From Octopus bimaculoides (taxonomy: Eukaryota), in assembly GCF_001194135.2 (NCBI RefSeq), contig NC_068994.1:53942862-53976989 (forward strand): a stretch of DNA of 34,128 nt, given 5' to 3'. The notes below the pieces were generated by a model, which was not told where the DNA came from, did not search any database, and saw only the letters and a list, made by a program, of their open reading frames with translations. Position numbers and translations under genes: made by a program. Of this stretch, positions 1 through 12,773 are shown piece after piece; within the stretch, counting starts at the first letter, position 1; every line of letters begins with the position of its first letter.

Positions 1-450
1 GCACACACACACACACACACATGTAAACATGCGCACACACACACACACACACACCTATATAAATACACACATGCACATTTGTGAAAGATAATAAAATAAA
101 AACAAAAAATTTCACCACCACCACTCCTTCTCTCTCTCTCCCTCTCTCTCTCTCCCTCTCTCTCTCTCTCTGTTCCTTAATTTTTTTGACACAGTGACAC
201 ATGCACACGTGTAAAAGCACACACACACGCACACACACCAAGACATAACACCGAGACACAAACACATACACACACACACAAACCTAAACACATGCACACA
301 CTTTGACATTCATGAACACATATGTAGATATACATATATACATACACACACCTAAACACACACACACATGTAGATATACATATACAGATGCATGTTTGTG
401 AAAGATGACAGAACAAAACCAAGAACAGCAACAACAACAACAACAACACA
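1..450. repeat. Compound CA/CT/CAA microsatellite region
   Basis: Read directly; accounts for ORFs 112-309, 177-449 and 284-469. Confidence 0.9.
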
Positions 451-847
451 TGAAATACTGGAATAACAAAGTAACAATCCTTATCCTAGAGCTGTAAAAG
501 CCTTAATTAACGTCTCTAACATATTCTGCATAGATAAGTATGTTGCTCTGAGTTAAAACATACACACCACACAACAAACACACACACACACACACCGTAT
601 ACATACACTCGCACAACTTCCTCTCCCCCTACCCACCACCAAAGAAAAAATTAAAAACAAAAAACAAAAAAAAACTGAAACAATAATTTGCTAAGAAATT
701 TTAATGGCATTTGTAGCTGAAGGTTTCATTATAGTTAATCTGTTTGATATTGATTAACGAGATGGAATCCAAAAATGCTATAATATTCTCATCCCACACC
801 AACATTTCCTCAAAAAACAACAACAACGAAAAAAAACTGGTTGTCTC

Positions 848-899
<52 letters not shown>

Positions 900-1768
900 G
901 TTATTATTATTTGCAACAATATTTTTGTGGAGTTTTTTTTTTGTTGTTTTTTTTTCTTTCTCAAGCAAGGTAGAAGTGATAAATTCATGAAATAAAATGG
1001 CTCTGATGCCAAAATTGTTTTGATAAGTAGATACGTTACCTTTAAGCAAAAATCACCCTTTTGTGTCTTCCTTCTTCCCATTTCTCTTATTTTACTTTAA
1101 GACACAATTCTACATCTAACATAACATACTTTTCTGCTAATATTAATTTGGCAAAAACTGTCAATAAGTTGTGATATGGAGAGAAGAGAAGAAGGGAAGC
1201 AAGAAGAAAAGAAAAGAAAATGGCAATCTGCTTTTCTGGAATAAATATTTATTCCATCATTGATATCCATTCTTAATCAAGGACATTCTCAATTGTTGTT
1301 GTTGTTGTTATTTTAGTGGTTGTTGGCTCTCTAACCACTAATGTTAGATGTTCCCATTATGCCTTGGGTCAGGTCGGAGGGTTCGACTTGGAGATTTCAG
1401 ACCCCAGTGAGTGAGTCTCTCCCTCCCTTCCCCCTCCCCTCTCTCACTCTCTCTCTTTCTCTTTCTCCTTCTTGGTTTGGTCAGATAAGAAAAAAGCAGT
1501 GTATGATTTTTTTTTTTTTTGTTCTGTAAGGTCTTTGAGATTAACTCTTTCTTTTGGCCAGCCAAACTTCTATAATAATGGCTGGCCAAATCAAATATCC
1601 ACTCCACCCCCATCACACCCCACACCTGGCATTTCAACATGTTAACTGCCACATGGGTACTTATTCTATCGATCTTTTTTGCTGAACCACCAAGTTATGG
1701 GGACATAAACACACTAACAGCGATTGTCAAGCAGTGGGGGGGCAAACACATACACACATACATATATA

Positions 1769-1826
<58 letters not shown>

Positions 1827-1914
1827 GCTTCTTTCAGTTTCCTATCAAGATAAACAGTGCATGACCTTGCAGGTGGGGGCCCAGTTGGAATTTTCTTCAA
1901 GCCAAGTATTATTA

Positions 1915-1955
<41 letters not shown>

Positions 1956-2039
1956 CAACTTAAGAATTTTATTGTGCCGTTGCATATGAAGACCAGCGTT
2001 GTGTCCTCTGACCAAGCTCATATCTCTCCAAACCTCATT

Positions 2040-2338
2040 CATGTGAGAATTAAAACTCAGCTCTGCAAAGTAACACCAAGTAACGGCAAAGTCTGATATT
2101 TGTACAGGCAAGACGGTATCACCTCAGTAGTGTCTCTAATAACAGCTTGGTGAGACTAGCTGGACATACAGAGCTAAATGTCTGGCCTGTGGTAGCAATA
2201 CAGTGACAGTTACACGTAGTGTAAGGTGAATTATTAGCCAATGGGCTGTCACTTGAATGAATAGACCAGCTGGAATTTTTCTCTTGCTTTGGGGAGTCTT
2301 GGGGTGAGGCGGGGGCGGTTTGATGGATGGCACTAGTC
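2040..2338 (+). mobile_element. Interspersed repeat with a Helitron-like 3' end
   Basis: GC-richer block ending ggcggtttgatggatggca-CTAG-T, i.e. a weak hairpin plus CTAG|T. Confidence 0.3.
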
Positions 2339-2340
2339 AT

Positions 2341-2631
2341 TTTTACCTTTACCTTTAACTTATCTCAGTCATTGGATTGTGGCCACGCTGGAGCACCGTT
2401 TTGAAAGGTTTTGGTCAAACAAATTGCTTCCAGTATTTGATTTATTTTTGCTTTTGCTTTTAAGCCCTGTATTACTTATTTTATTGATCCTTTTTTATAC
2501 TGAACCGATGAGTTACAGGAACATAAACAAACCAACACCAGTTTTCAAGCAGTAGTGGGGAACATGCACAAAGACATAAAGGCTTACACACACACACACG
2601 TACATATATATTTACACAGACATTTATATAT

Positions 2632-2664
<33 letters not shown>

Positions 2665-2955
2665 TATATACATAATATTATTTGATGAAGGAAACAGAAA
2701 TGTGTGTGTGTGCATATCTGTATAATATATATGTGTGTGTGTGTGTATATATATATTATATATATATGTGTGGGTGTGTATATATTTGATGGGCTTCTTT
2801 CAGTTTTCATCTACCAAATCCACTCACAAGGCTTTTATCAACTTGGTGCTATAGTAGAAGACATTTGCCCAAGGTGCCACACAATGGAACTGAACTTGGA
2901 ACCATATGGTTAGAGAGAGCAACCTGCTTACCTCATAGGCACACCTATGCCTATG
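2341..2955 (-). mobile_element. tRNA-headed SINE family A, near-full copy (head, central CA/TA microsatellite, tail)
   Basis: Head/core 2788-2955 (gggcttctttcagttt...ctaccaaatccactcacaaggc...gacatttgcccaagg) and tail 2341-2590 (cagtcatt..gattgtggccacgctggagcacc), matching other copies in the window. Confidence 0.8.
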
Positions 2956-3739
2956 TTTGTTTATTTCTTTCTGACAGCCATTTTTCCTCGTCGGCCAAAT
3001 CGTAATTCAAATGTTGACATTCTCATATGAATTATTGAAGAAATTTATTTTTGGTTTAATACCCTTCCTAATACCTTTGCTTCACCTCCGAAATAAATAA
3101 CGTGTGTGGAGCGGGGCGAGTGACAGGGACAGCTGCGAAAAAGAATTATTAAATATAAACCCAGTAAATAGTGAAGATGTTGCAGATGTTAGAAAAACAA
3201 GAAAAAATATTTATATTGAAAATATTGGTTGGTGTTTTCAATTTTTTTTTTTTTTTGCTGTTGTTTTTTTGCCATATCTGAAATACCTTGAAAATATCCA
3301 AATGAATCAATATTTTGAGATTCCGATCAATATTTTTGAATTTCTGATCTTAAATATCTAATTTAACACATGACTTTTATGGTGTTTTCACTGCAATGAA
3401 TTTTGGAATAAACATTTATTTGTGCTCCATTTTCCCACGAAACAAAACAAAACGAAGAAGAAACAAATATCAAAGAAACTCAAAGAAAAAAAACATTCTT
3501 CACAGTCTCCAGGATCAATTACACATTCATATTCATCCAAGATTTAACCATTATTTTCGTTTTATGTTTTGAGTTCAAATCACATCAAGGTCAACTTTTT
3601 GGGGAGGGGTTATAAAATAGGAATCAGGTGCAAAAATACTGGGGCCAATTAAATTAGTGATCAACTGATAGATGTGATTAATGGATTAAAGAATTGTATA
3701 TTGTTTCCTAAGGTCTATGATACAGCATTACTAAGTTAC

Positions 3740-4043
3740 TGGTGAAGGTGCATGGTTCAGTTGTTAGAGCATCAGGCTCACAATCATGAGATAGTGAGTT
3801 CAATTCCTGGACTGGGCTGTGTGTTGTGTTCTTGAGCAAGACACTTTATTTCACGTTGCTCCAGTTCACTCAGCTGTAGAAATGAGTTGCAACATCACAG
3901 GTGCCAAGCTGTATCGGTTTTTGCCTTTCCCTTGGATAATATCGGTGGCAAGAGGAGGCGGGGCTGGTATGCATGGGCGACTGCTGGTCTTCCATCAACA
4001 ACCTTGCCTGGACTTGTGCCTCAGAGGGTAGCTTTCTAGGTAC
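3740..4043 (+). mobile_element. tRNA-derived SINE family C, near full length
   Basis: A-box tggttcagttgttagagc and B-box gagttcaattcc, followed by the body gtgttcttgagcaagacactttatttcac...ctcagctgtagaaatgag. Confidence 0.75.
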
Positions 4044-4929
4044 ATGCTCTCACACACACACACACATGAGAGGTTACTTTCAGTTTCTGTCTACCAAATC
4101 CACTCAAAACGTTTCGATCGGCCTGGGGCTATAGCAGAAGACACTTGCCTAAGGCACCACACGTTAAAACTGAGCTCAAAACATTTTGCTGCATCCCTTA
4201 CATTTCCAGTTCAAATACCACCCAGGTCCATTTTGCTGTCCATCCTTCCAAGGTCACTAAAATAAATGCCAAGCCATAAAATATAGGAGTCAACCAATCA
4301 GGTACACCATAGATGCATAGTATACTCCAGCCTGGCCACAAGTCCAACGACTGAAACCACTCGAACAACATATAAAGAATTATAGCTGAGTCAGCATCTG
4401 TAATGTATAGTTCCCCCCCACACCACCACCACCACCTCGTTACTACATTCGTTTAACATATTGTGAGCATTCTCATTCTTACAATCGACATAGAAACCAA
4501 CAATTTTAAAGTAAATGAATATGTACCATGTATTGCTGAATAATAATAACAATGTCAATACATCTCCCACTGTATTTTTACAAAAAAAGGCCACTAAAAG
4601 AAAGCGAGCAAGTCTATTGATTTTCCATAACTAAACTGAAATATATGTGAAGTATTAAGCATGTTAATCATGTTTGTGAACTGCTTGAGATTTTAGGAAT
4701 AAAAGAAGCATGTTTGTTGCTCCCCATTTTTTTCTTTCTTTTCCATTTATTGAAGTCAGTTGGGGGTAGGAGGAAACAAAGTGAGTTTAAGAGTTTTTGT
4801 GATTATCAGACACATCTAGAGAATAAGAAAAAATTAATCAGGCTACATATTGTTTTAATTAACACTCAAGTAGGCTGAAAGACACAGCTGTAGCCTAAGG
4901 CCTTGTGTAAAGATGTGGGGGCGTCATGA

Positions 4930-5150
4930 CATCATCCTCGCTGGAGATATCCAAAGACAACCACAATTTTATGGAACTTGGTTCCCATGATGTCCATTCC
5001 ACATCTTAGAACCTTTACATTGTTCACGGAGCATTGAGCAGCAGTCATGATACCAGCATTTTGATACCTGCAAATCATCATGATACAGGTAACTCCTTCC
5101 CAATATTTAGATGGTCTCCAACCCTTCATGTCAGCTAACCTTTTCTCAAT
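4930..5150 (-). mobile_element. Possible decayed Tc1/mariner-superfamily transposase N-terminal fragment
   Basis: Minus-strand peptide ADMKGWRPSKYWEGVTCIMMICRYQNAGIMTAAQCSVNNVKVLR recalls a transposase N-terminal HTH start. There is no catalytic domain, and the assignment is from recall only. Confidence 0.35.
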
Positions 5151-5299
5151 TACAAATTTAACCTTTATGCTCACCAATGCCATGGATTGTTCACCAATGC
5201 ATCAAGCTGGAAAAGGAGACATTAAAAAAAAATCAAATTTAGCCTGAACATGTGTATATATATATTTGTGTGTATATATGTGTGTGTGTATATGTATAT

Positions 5300-5495
5300 A
5301 TTGGTTTCAAATTTTGGTACAAGGCCAGCAAGTTCGGGGGGGTTGGGTAGGTCGATTACATTGACCCCCAGTGCATAACTGGTACTTATTTTATTGACCC
5401 CGAAAGGATGAAAGGTAAAGTTGACCTCAGTGGAATTTGAACTCAGAACATGAAGATGGATGAAATGCTGCTAAGCATTTTTCCAGTGCGCCACG
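5300..5495 (-). mobile_element. tRNA-derived SINE family B copy
   Basis: ttgaccccgaaaggatgaaagg.aaagttgacctc...gaatttgaactcagaac; siblings lie at 6235-6420, 8735-8855, 13433-13520, 24488-24705 and 25637-25840. Confidence 0.8.
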
Positions 5496-5517
5496 GTTAT
5501 ACCTGGTCACCTTATAC

Positions 5518-5574
<57 letters not shown>

Positions 5575-6234
5575 TTATATACACACACATATATATCTAT
5601 AACTTGACTTAAATACAAAGATAGAATAAGTCCTGGGATCAATTTGTTTGACTAAAGGTGGTGCTCCAGCATGACCACAGTAAAATGACTGAAAGAAATA
5701 AAAGAAAAAGAATAGAAAAATGAACTGTAAAAGAGTCGTAAAGAGAATAGTGTGTATAAGCATTTCAGGAGCAACGTTTGAGAATTTCAGGAAATTCTGG
5801 TTGTTTTCTGGTTCCTTTAGGCAAGTTTTATTCATTATATTTGATGATAGACACAAGAGATGAGTCAGATTCAGACATAGTCACTTGTTGAACCTGTAAC
5901 TACTTGCGTATGGTATGGCACCCACATCAGTAGCAGGCTGTAAGAGAGAGACTAAATTGCCCCTTCAGTCTGTAGACTGGGGTAGCACTTTGGGCAAGTA
6001 CTAGAAACCCTTTAGCTCCCCATGCCAAGGATCTGGTGAAGATGTTAGTAGCAAGATATTGGATAACCAACAAGGTAGAGAAGTCCTAGACCAATGGTTT
6101 GAAGGTTATTGGCTGGGCATCAATTAGTAATCCATCCGAATCCATCCTGCAGTTATTGAGATATCTTGCCCATGGACAAACAACCAAACAAACACAACTG
6201 AAAACAATACCTCTGCTTTCGCTAATGTGGAGGT

Positions 6235-6420
6235 AATAACCCTTTCTACTATAAGAACAAGGGCTGAAATTTTGGGGGAGTGTACTAGTCAATTACATCA
6301 ACCCCAGTGTTTCAAAAGGTAAAGTTCACTCAAGCTGAATTTGAACTTAGAACGTAGTGGCAGACGAAATACCGCTAAGCATTTCACTCGGTGCGCTAAC
6401 AACTCTGTCAGTTTATCACC
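6235..6420 (-). mobile_element. SINE family B copy
   Basis: gaatttgaacttagaacgtagtggcagacgaaataccgctaagcatttc. Confidence 0.7.
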
Positions 6421-6454
6421 TTAATAATAATAATAATAATAATGATAATAATAA

Positions 6455-6820
6455 TACACTTCCCAACCACATGGTTCTAACTTTTGGCCCACTACATGGC
6501 ACTTTGGGCAAGTGTCTTCCACTATGGCCCCAGGCCAACTAAAGCTTCGTGAGTGGATTTGGTTGACAGGAACCAAATGTAACTTGTTTATGTGTGTGTG
6601 CAGATGTCTCCTTGTCTTGATATTATGTGAGTTGTAAATGAGTGTCACTGTCATATAAGTGGTGCCATCTTTTCCGGTTTTTGAGAAAACATATTTAGCT
6701 CTGGGGAAATATTACCTTGTTTGGAAGGTTTGCTACAGTAAGGGCATCTGACCATTAAAAAGAAATCTATCTCATCAAATACCATCTGACCCATGGATGG
6801 ATAATGTTGGATAGATAATG
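6455..6820 (+). mobile_element. SINE family A core joined to an alternative tail
   Basis: Core cccaaccacatggttc...ggcactttgggcaagtgtcttc, then a tail (tgtaaatgagtgtcac...ggggaaatattaccttg) also seen at 22040-22330. Confidence 0.65.
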
Positions 6821-8879
6821 TTGTCTTAGATATAGTGTAGCTGCAAAAATGGTGGTGGTGGTCACAAGTGGAATGTCTTCAATCCAATATATTCTTCATC
6901 AGTCCAACCTGAAGCTAATCAACACCATCATCACCAATAGCAACATCATCCATACAAAGTGGGCAGTGAAAATACATTTAAAAGATGTTGATTTTTTTTT
7001 TAGGTTGTTTTGTTTGTTTGTTTGTTTTTTCCTGTTCTATCAAACACAAAAGCAAAAAAAAAAATACAATAAAAAAAATACATATTTAAACTTTCTATGT
7101 TGTACTGAAAATTCTAAGGAAAAAATATTGAAAAACATTATACCCTCGAGTCATTTTGTTGATATGTATTTATATTTTTACAGCCATTCTAGTTAGAAGG
7201 GAAAAAATTCGAAATTCTCTTTTCAAAACTGTTGCATTTTTGTTTTGTTTTATCTAATTTATTTTTCTTTTCAATTTTCAAAAAAAATTTTGTTAATTAC
7301 TTTTAATATCCACTTGATGTTAGCATTAACTCAATAATTACTACAACTGCATATTTTGTGTGCATTGTAAGACATTTGTTTTCTATTTATTAAAGTCCAA
7401 TTAATTTCAATTTAAAAAAAAATAAATAATAATAATAAATTAACATGAAAATATAATTTTTCATTTTCATTTTTATTTTTAAATATGTGAAATTAAATTC
7501 TAAGTATTATTATTACTCAGCTATTGAATTTAACTAGCAGAGGCCTTGCTCTCTGATTTTGACAAGTTGGTTCGGTTTATTGTTTCACACATGGACACTG
7601 CTAAATATGGAAACTTCTCCTGCTTCCTCATCTTTTGTGTCTCCCTTCTTTCTTCTCTCCATTCTTTTTTCCATTCCAAAGTGGGTCATTGACAAGATTA
7701 TCACTTTGTAAAAGTCCTTGATGTTGATCATGATGATGGTGGTGGTGGTGTGGTGGTGGTGGGAGTATATCTATTGCCTCCCTCTTTTACTCTTCTCTCA
7801 GCAATACCAACCCATCCATCCATCCGTCCGTCCATCCATCCATCCGCCCAGCCCATCCCAGCTCAGCCATCACCAGCCATCACCGTCACTCACTGCTGAA
7901 ATCAAATTGGGTTGTTCCTACGGCAACAGAGAAGAAAGCTGAGAGAGGAAATATTTCTACTGCATTGACTCCTTGCCTCACTGGATTCTTCCTAGAAACT
8001 TTCATGACGAGATCAATAACTTGCTGTTGCTTTAGTTCACACTTACACAAACACACGTACACACATACACACACACGCACGAACACACACGCACACACAC
8101 ACACACGCTATCACTGATGTTTTTTCGTATACTTCCAAATTACTATAGCAATGTTGTTTGAGCATCTTTCTGTCATTTAAACTTGAGAAATCCATTTTTC
8201 TTTGTTGTTTTATCAAATTTGATTTAGTTTTTTTTTTTTGATCAAAGGGAGATAATTTCTCAAAACCAAATATTTTAATTTTTATGGAAAACTGTCGTCT
8301 TCATAATTTTGTCCATTCCAAAGCAGCCGATGTTTTTTATTTGTCTTTATTTTATTTTATTTTATTTATTTCGTTATATTTTTTTGTGAGACTTTTAAAC
8401 AGAAATTACCATAAAAAGAAATAAAGTGTTATTTGTATTTTATTTTAAAACTTAAACCATGAATATTTTGGCCAATGAGAATGCGTCTATGAAATTTCTT
8501 GATCCGCTTGAAATAGCAGCTATGCAAAACTTACCCCCATAATCATTTCATTTCTCCAACTCAAAACATTAAAATAAAGACAAACAAAAAATAGCAAGGA
8601 CATACTAGATAACGTACCCTTTGATATACTATGCCTGAAGCAAAATATGGGTTGGTTATCGCTTGATCATTTTTGGTCATTGGTCAAGGCAAAAAGAACT
8701 GAGCTGGGACTAGCTAAATAATAAACAACAAACAACACCCATGACCTTTACATTTCTGATCCCAGTGCTTGCCCAATACTTATTTTATCAACCCTAAAAA
8801 AATGAAAGACAAAGAACCTTAACAGAATTTGAACCCAGAACATAAAGTCAAGCATGACATTTTTTTTTTTTGAAAGGTG

Positions 8880-9124
8880 TTGGCCTGGTTGTGTGGTAAG
8901 AAGTTTGCTTCCCAACCACATGATTCTAGGTTCAGTCCCATTTCATGACGACACCTTGGGCAAGTGTCTTCTACTACAGCCTCGGACCAACCAAAGTCTT
9001 GTCAGTGTATTTAATAGTCAGAAACAATATGAGTCTTCAAAAAGGCAGTTGCTCCCACAAATACAAAATAAAATTTTTGAGATTTATGGAGGGTCAAAGT
9101 TGGGAACAAAAACAGGACAGTGGA

Positions 9125-9169
<45 letters not shown>

Positions 9170-9182
9170 GTATGTATATATA

Positions 9183-9217
<35 letters not shown>

Positions 9218-9445
9218 GTATATATATGTATATATTGTGAGTATGTCTGTGTTTGTCCCCCATCACCGCTTGACAACCAGTGTTGGTGTGTTTACATTCA
9301 GCAAAGGCAACTGGTAGAATAAATACCAATCTTTAAAAAAATTCAAGTATTGGGATCAATTGCTTCAACTAAAAACTCTTCAAGGCAGTGCCCCAGCATG
9401 GTCACAGTCTAATGACAAAAACAAGTGAAAGATAAAAGCTAAATG
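8880..9445 (+). mobile_element. SINE family A copy
   Basis: A-box-like tggttgtgtggtaag and B-box-like ggttcagtccc, core gacaccttgggcaagtgtcttctacta, TA/TG run, then tail ...aaggcagtgccccagcatggtcacagtctaatgac. Confidence 0.8.
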
Positions 9446-9974
9446 ACAAAACTGTTCACTGCCCTGTTGTACATTTGTGGTTTCCTTAGATAATGGCTCT
9501 TTGGAAATAAGTTTCTATGACTCAGTTGGAAATAATAGGGATTTTTGTTGTTGTTGTTGTTGTTGTTGTTTTTAATTAATTAATTTTTATTTTTTATGTG
9601 TATTTTTTTTTTTTTTTTTTTTTTNNNNNNNNNNNNNNNNNNNNNNNNNNNNNNNNNNNNNNNNNNNNNNNNNNNNNNNNNNNNNNNNNNNNNNNNNNNN
9701 NNNNNNNNNNNNNNNNNNNNNNNNNNNNNNNNNNNNNNNNNNNNNNNNNNNNNNNNNNNNNNNNNNNNNNNNNNNNNNNNNNNNNNNNNNNNNNNNNNNN
9801 NNNNNNNNNNNNNNNNNNNNNNNNNNNNNNNNNNNNNNNNNNNNNNNACCATGTATCTGACTCATCAGCTGTATCTTTTATTTAATTCAAGTTGCTAATC
9901 TCATTTCTGTATTGCTTGCACCATATTGTTTCAGAAACAAGTTTCTATAATGTAGCACTAATTCATACATGATA

Positions 9975-10005
<31 letters not shown>

Positions 10006-10126
10006 ATATACATATGTATATATGTATATATGTATATTTACATACATATATATACATATATATGTGTGTGTGTGTGTATATATACATATGTATATATGTA
10101 TATATATACATATATATATGTACGCA

Positions 10127-10177
<51 letters not shown>

Positions 10178-10654
10178 TAGTTTTAGTCATTAAACTGTGG
10201 TCATGCATTGGCAATGTGTTTGTGGGTTTAATTCATTATAAATAACCCCAGTATTTTGTCTGATGCTCTACCTATCCTGCCAACCAACTGATCCTTATAT
10301 AACTTCACCCCACACACGCAAGTGCGCATGTGTGTGTGCACACATACGTATGCATGTGTGTTACTAATAAAAGAACAAGATCTGTGAAATTGAATTTAAT
10401 GTTATTTCATTTAATACCATTATTATAATTTATTTTTTGGAATAAAATATACATTTTTTTCTTTTCTTTTCCTATTTCTTATCTTAGGAGAACTGGCAAA
10501 TAAAAAGAATGTCTAAATTCCATTTAATTTCCAAAGAGCATCATTAATTACATTACTAATTGAATCCCATCTAGAGTTTCTGTATAGATTTCCAGTTAGG
10601 TCCTCTGCCCCTTACTGAATTCTTCTAAGTTTTCTTCAACAAATTTATCTTTAT

Positions 10655-11160
10655 CATCATCGTCATCATCGTCAGTGTCATCATCATTTAATGTCCATGT
10701 TCCATGCTGGTATGAGTTGAACGGTTCAACAGAATCTGATGAGCCACAGGACTATGTGGTGTTCCAATATCCAGCTTTTCTGTGGTTTTTATGGTTCCTG
10801 ACATCATCCACTTTACATTCATCCCTTCCTCCATCCATCTTCTCTGCTCACTTCTCCAGGGAAGGTTGTTTGGGATAGTGTCTCCCACCCACCACCACCA
10901 CCACCACAATGATCTTTGTCTTGCAAGTTATTTGGTAACCGTGCTAGTGTTGGTGCCACATAAAAAGCACCCGGTCCACTCTGTAAAGTGGTTGGCATTA
11001 GGAAGGGCATCCATCTGCAAAAAAACAAAAAAAAAACAAAGTCAAATCAGACAGTGTAGCTTGATACTATCCTCTGACTTACCAGGTTCTGTCAAAAACC
11101 ATCCAACCCATGCCAGCATGGAAGACAGATGTTAAATGATGATGATGATGACAACAATGA
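10655..11160. mobile_element. Two RTE-LINE-type 3' tails in opposite orientation
   Basis: Minus copy about 10655-10808 ((cat)n ttaatgtccatgttccatgctgg) and plus copy about 10920-11160 (...ccaacccatgccagcatggaagacagatgttaaa(tga)n). Confidence 0.65.
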
Positions 11161-11432
11161 TGACGATGTATGTATGTATGTAAAGGATACATTGAATGTC
11201 ATTGTCCTAGATACACTACTACATATGAATAAAAAGACAGGAATATCATAGTTGGAACATGTTTAATCCGTAGAGTTGTTCAATCAGGACTGACCTGGGC
11301 TAAACAACAACAAGAACAACATCTTGTGTATTCCTAACAATTTATTTGTTTTCTTTTACTTTTGAAAATATTAGGAATCTTCATGTTTTTTTCATTTTAA
11401 ACTCTGTGTCTATCTATCTATCTATCTATCTA

Positions 11433-11502
<70 letters not shown>

Positions 11503-11730
11503 NNNNNNNNNNNNNNNNNNNNNNNNNNNNNNNNNNNNNNNNNNNNNNNNNNNNNNNNNNNNNNNNNNNNNNNNNNNNNNNNNNNNNNNNNNNNNNNNNN
11601 NNNNNNNNNNNNNNNNNNNNNNNNNNNNNNNNNNNNNNNNNNNNNNNNNNNNNNNNNNNNNNNNNNNNNNNNNNNNNNNNNNNNNNNNNNNNNNNNNNNN
11701 NNNNNNNNTATATATATATATATATATATA

Positions 11731-11937
11731 TATGAGGTTCCTGGCTTTAAGGTATTGCAAAAGGCCTTGTTGGAGGCCCAACTTTCCCAGTTCTTTTACA
11801 GGTCTTAGAAAAACTGAAGGACCACTGAAATAAGTGTATAAATCTGAGAGGGGAACATGATGAATAAAATCATAATTAACTGATCCTCTTCTATTTTATT
11901 TTACCCAAAACCAGGAACTTTTCAGTACCTCCTTGTA
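11731..11937. mobile_element. Mariner-type MITE remnant
   Basis: Inverted repeat gttcctggcttt (11737-11748) / aaaaccaggaac (11907-11918), 11 of 12 matching. The right end reads ...ttttcagtacctccttgTA. It is flanked by TA runs, and the left TIR appears partly deleted. Confidence 0.55.
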
Positions 11938-12028
11938 TATATGTATGTGTGCATGTATGTATGCATGTACATATGTATATATTGTTTAAAACAATTCTCA
12001 ATTTCTTTCATTTCTTATTCTTTTACAG

Positions 12029-12097
12029 GTTTAGAAGCAGTTGCTTTGGAAATTGGTGGTCATGATCTTGTTTCAGAATTGCTGGAACCATTTAATC
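12029..12097 (+). CDS. LCORL/Eip93F: N-terminal-region coding exon (69 nt, G-LEAVALEIGGHDLVSELLEPFN)
   Basis: Acceptor ttcttattcttttacag and donor c|gtgagt at 12098; phase 1 to phase 1. The peptide resembles, from recall, the early LCORL exon (G-FESILEGLYG...) and the insect E93 'GLE.VAEEL.G' segment. Confidence 0.75.
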
Positions 12098-12159
12098 GTG
12101 AGTATAATTCTTCTGCCATGTTTTCTGTCGTATTGATCAGGTTTTGGTATTTTATGTAA

Positions 12160-12320
12160 CCACCTAACAAACCTGTACTCCTCTCTGACAAAGAAGCCCT
12201 TCCCTTTGTCACCACCAGAGGTAGTAGTTCCCTGAACATTTTGCACCCAATTCCTATTCTGGCAACAATGTTCTCAGAAAACCCACTTCCACCACTAATT
12301 AGGTCACCTAGATACAAAAG
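12160..12320 (-). mobile_element. RTE-clade LINE reverse-transcriptase C-terminal fragment (decayed)
   Basis: Minus-strand peptide YLGDLISGGSGFSENIVARIGIGCKMFRELLPLVVTKG matches the RTE pattern YLG...GG....ARI..GW.KFRELLPLL..KG. Confidence 0.8.
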
Positions 12321-12451
12321 AAAGCTATCATGACTACTTCTTGGGAGCCTTCAGGGCACTGGAATCTATTTCATGTGTACTCTTAGTGCTATGTGCATAT
12401 AACACACATACACTCACACAAATGTGTGTATGTATGTGTACACTGGAGAGA

Positions 12452-12483
<32 letters not shown>

Positions 12484-12559
12484 CACATTCCCACATGCAT
12501 GTGCATACATACATACACACAGACATGCACAGCACTTTGGGCAATGTTTTATGGATTTC

Positions 12560-12773
12560 GTACATGAACATTAAAAGAGGTAACCTCGTGGGCATCGGTA
12601 CCATTTTCCTCTTTCTCCGTTCTTCCATTCTCCGAACTTTCCATCTTTCCGACGAAGGGCTACGCCCGAAACGTCATACACTCTCTCTTTCCTTTCCTGA
12701 GCGTCCAATAATACTATCCATATCACGTCCTCACTTTGTTGTGTTTTTGTGTTTTTTTGTTATTGTTTTTTTG

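Noticed and set aside
3740-3810. tRNA-like A/B boxes here and at other SINE heads
   Set aside because: There is no complete cloverleaf, and the boxes continue into SINE bodies.
10488-10560. Strong acceptor-like tract (atcttag|gagaac)
   Set aside because: All frames close quickly and there is no convincing donor.
10735-10775. CTGATGA followed by a gccaca/tgtggt stem, resembling a hammerhead core
   Set aside because: There is no GAAA after the stem and no stem I or III; it lies within an RTE tail.
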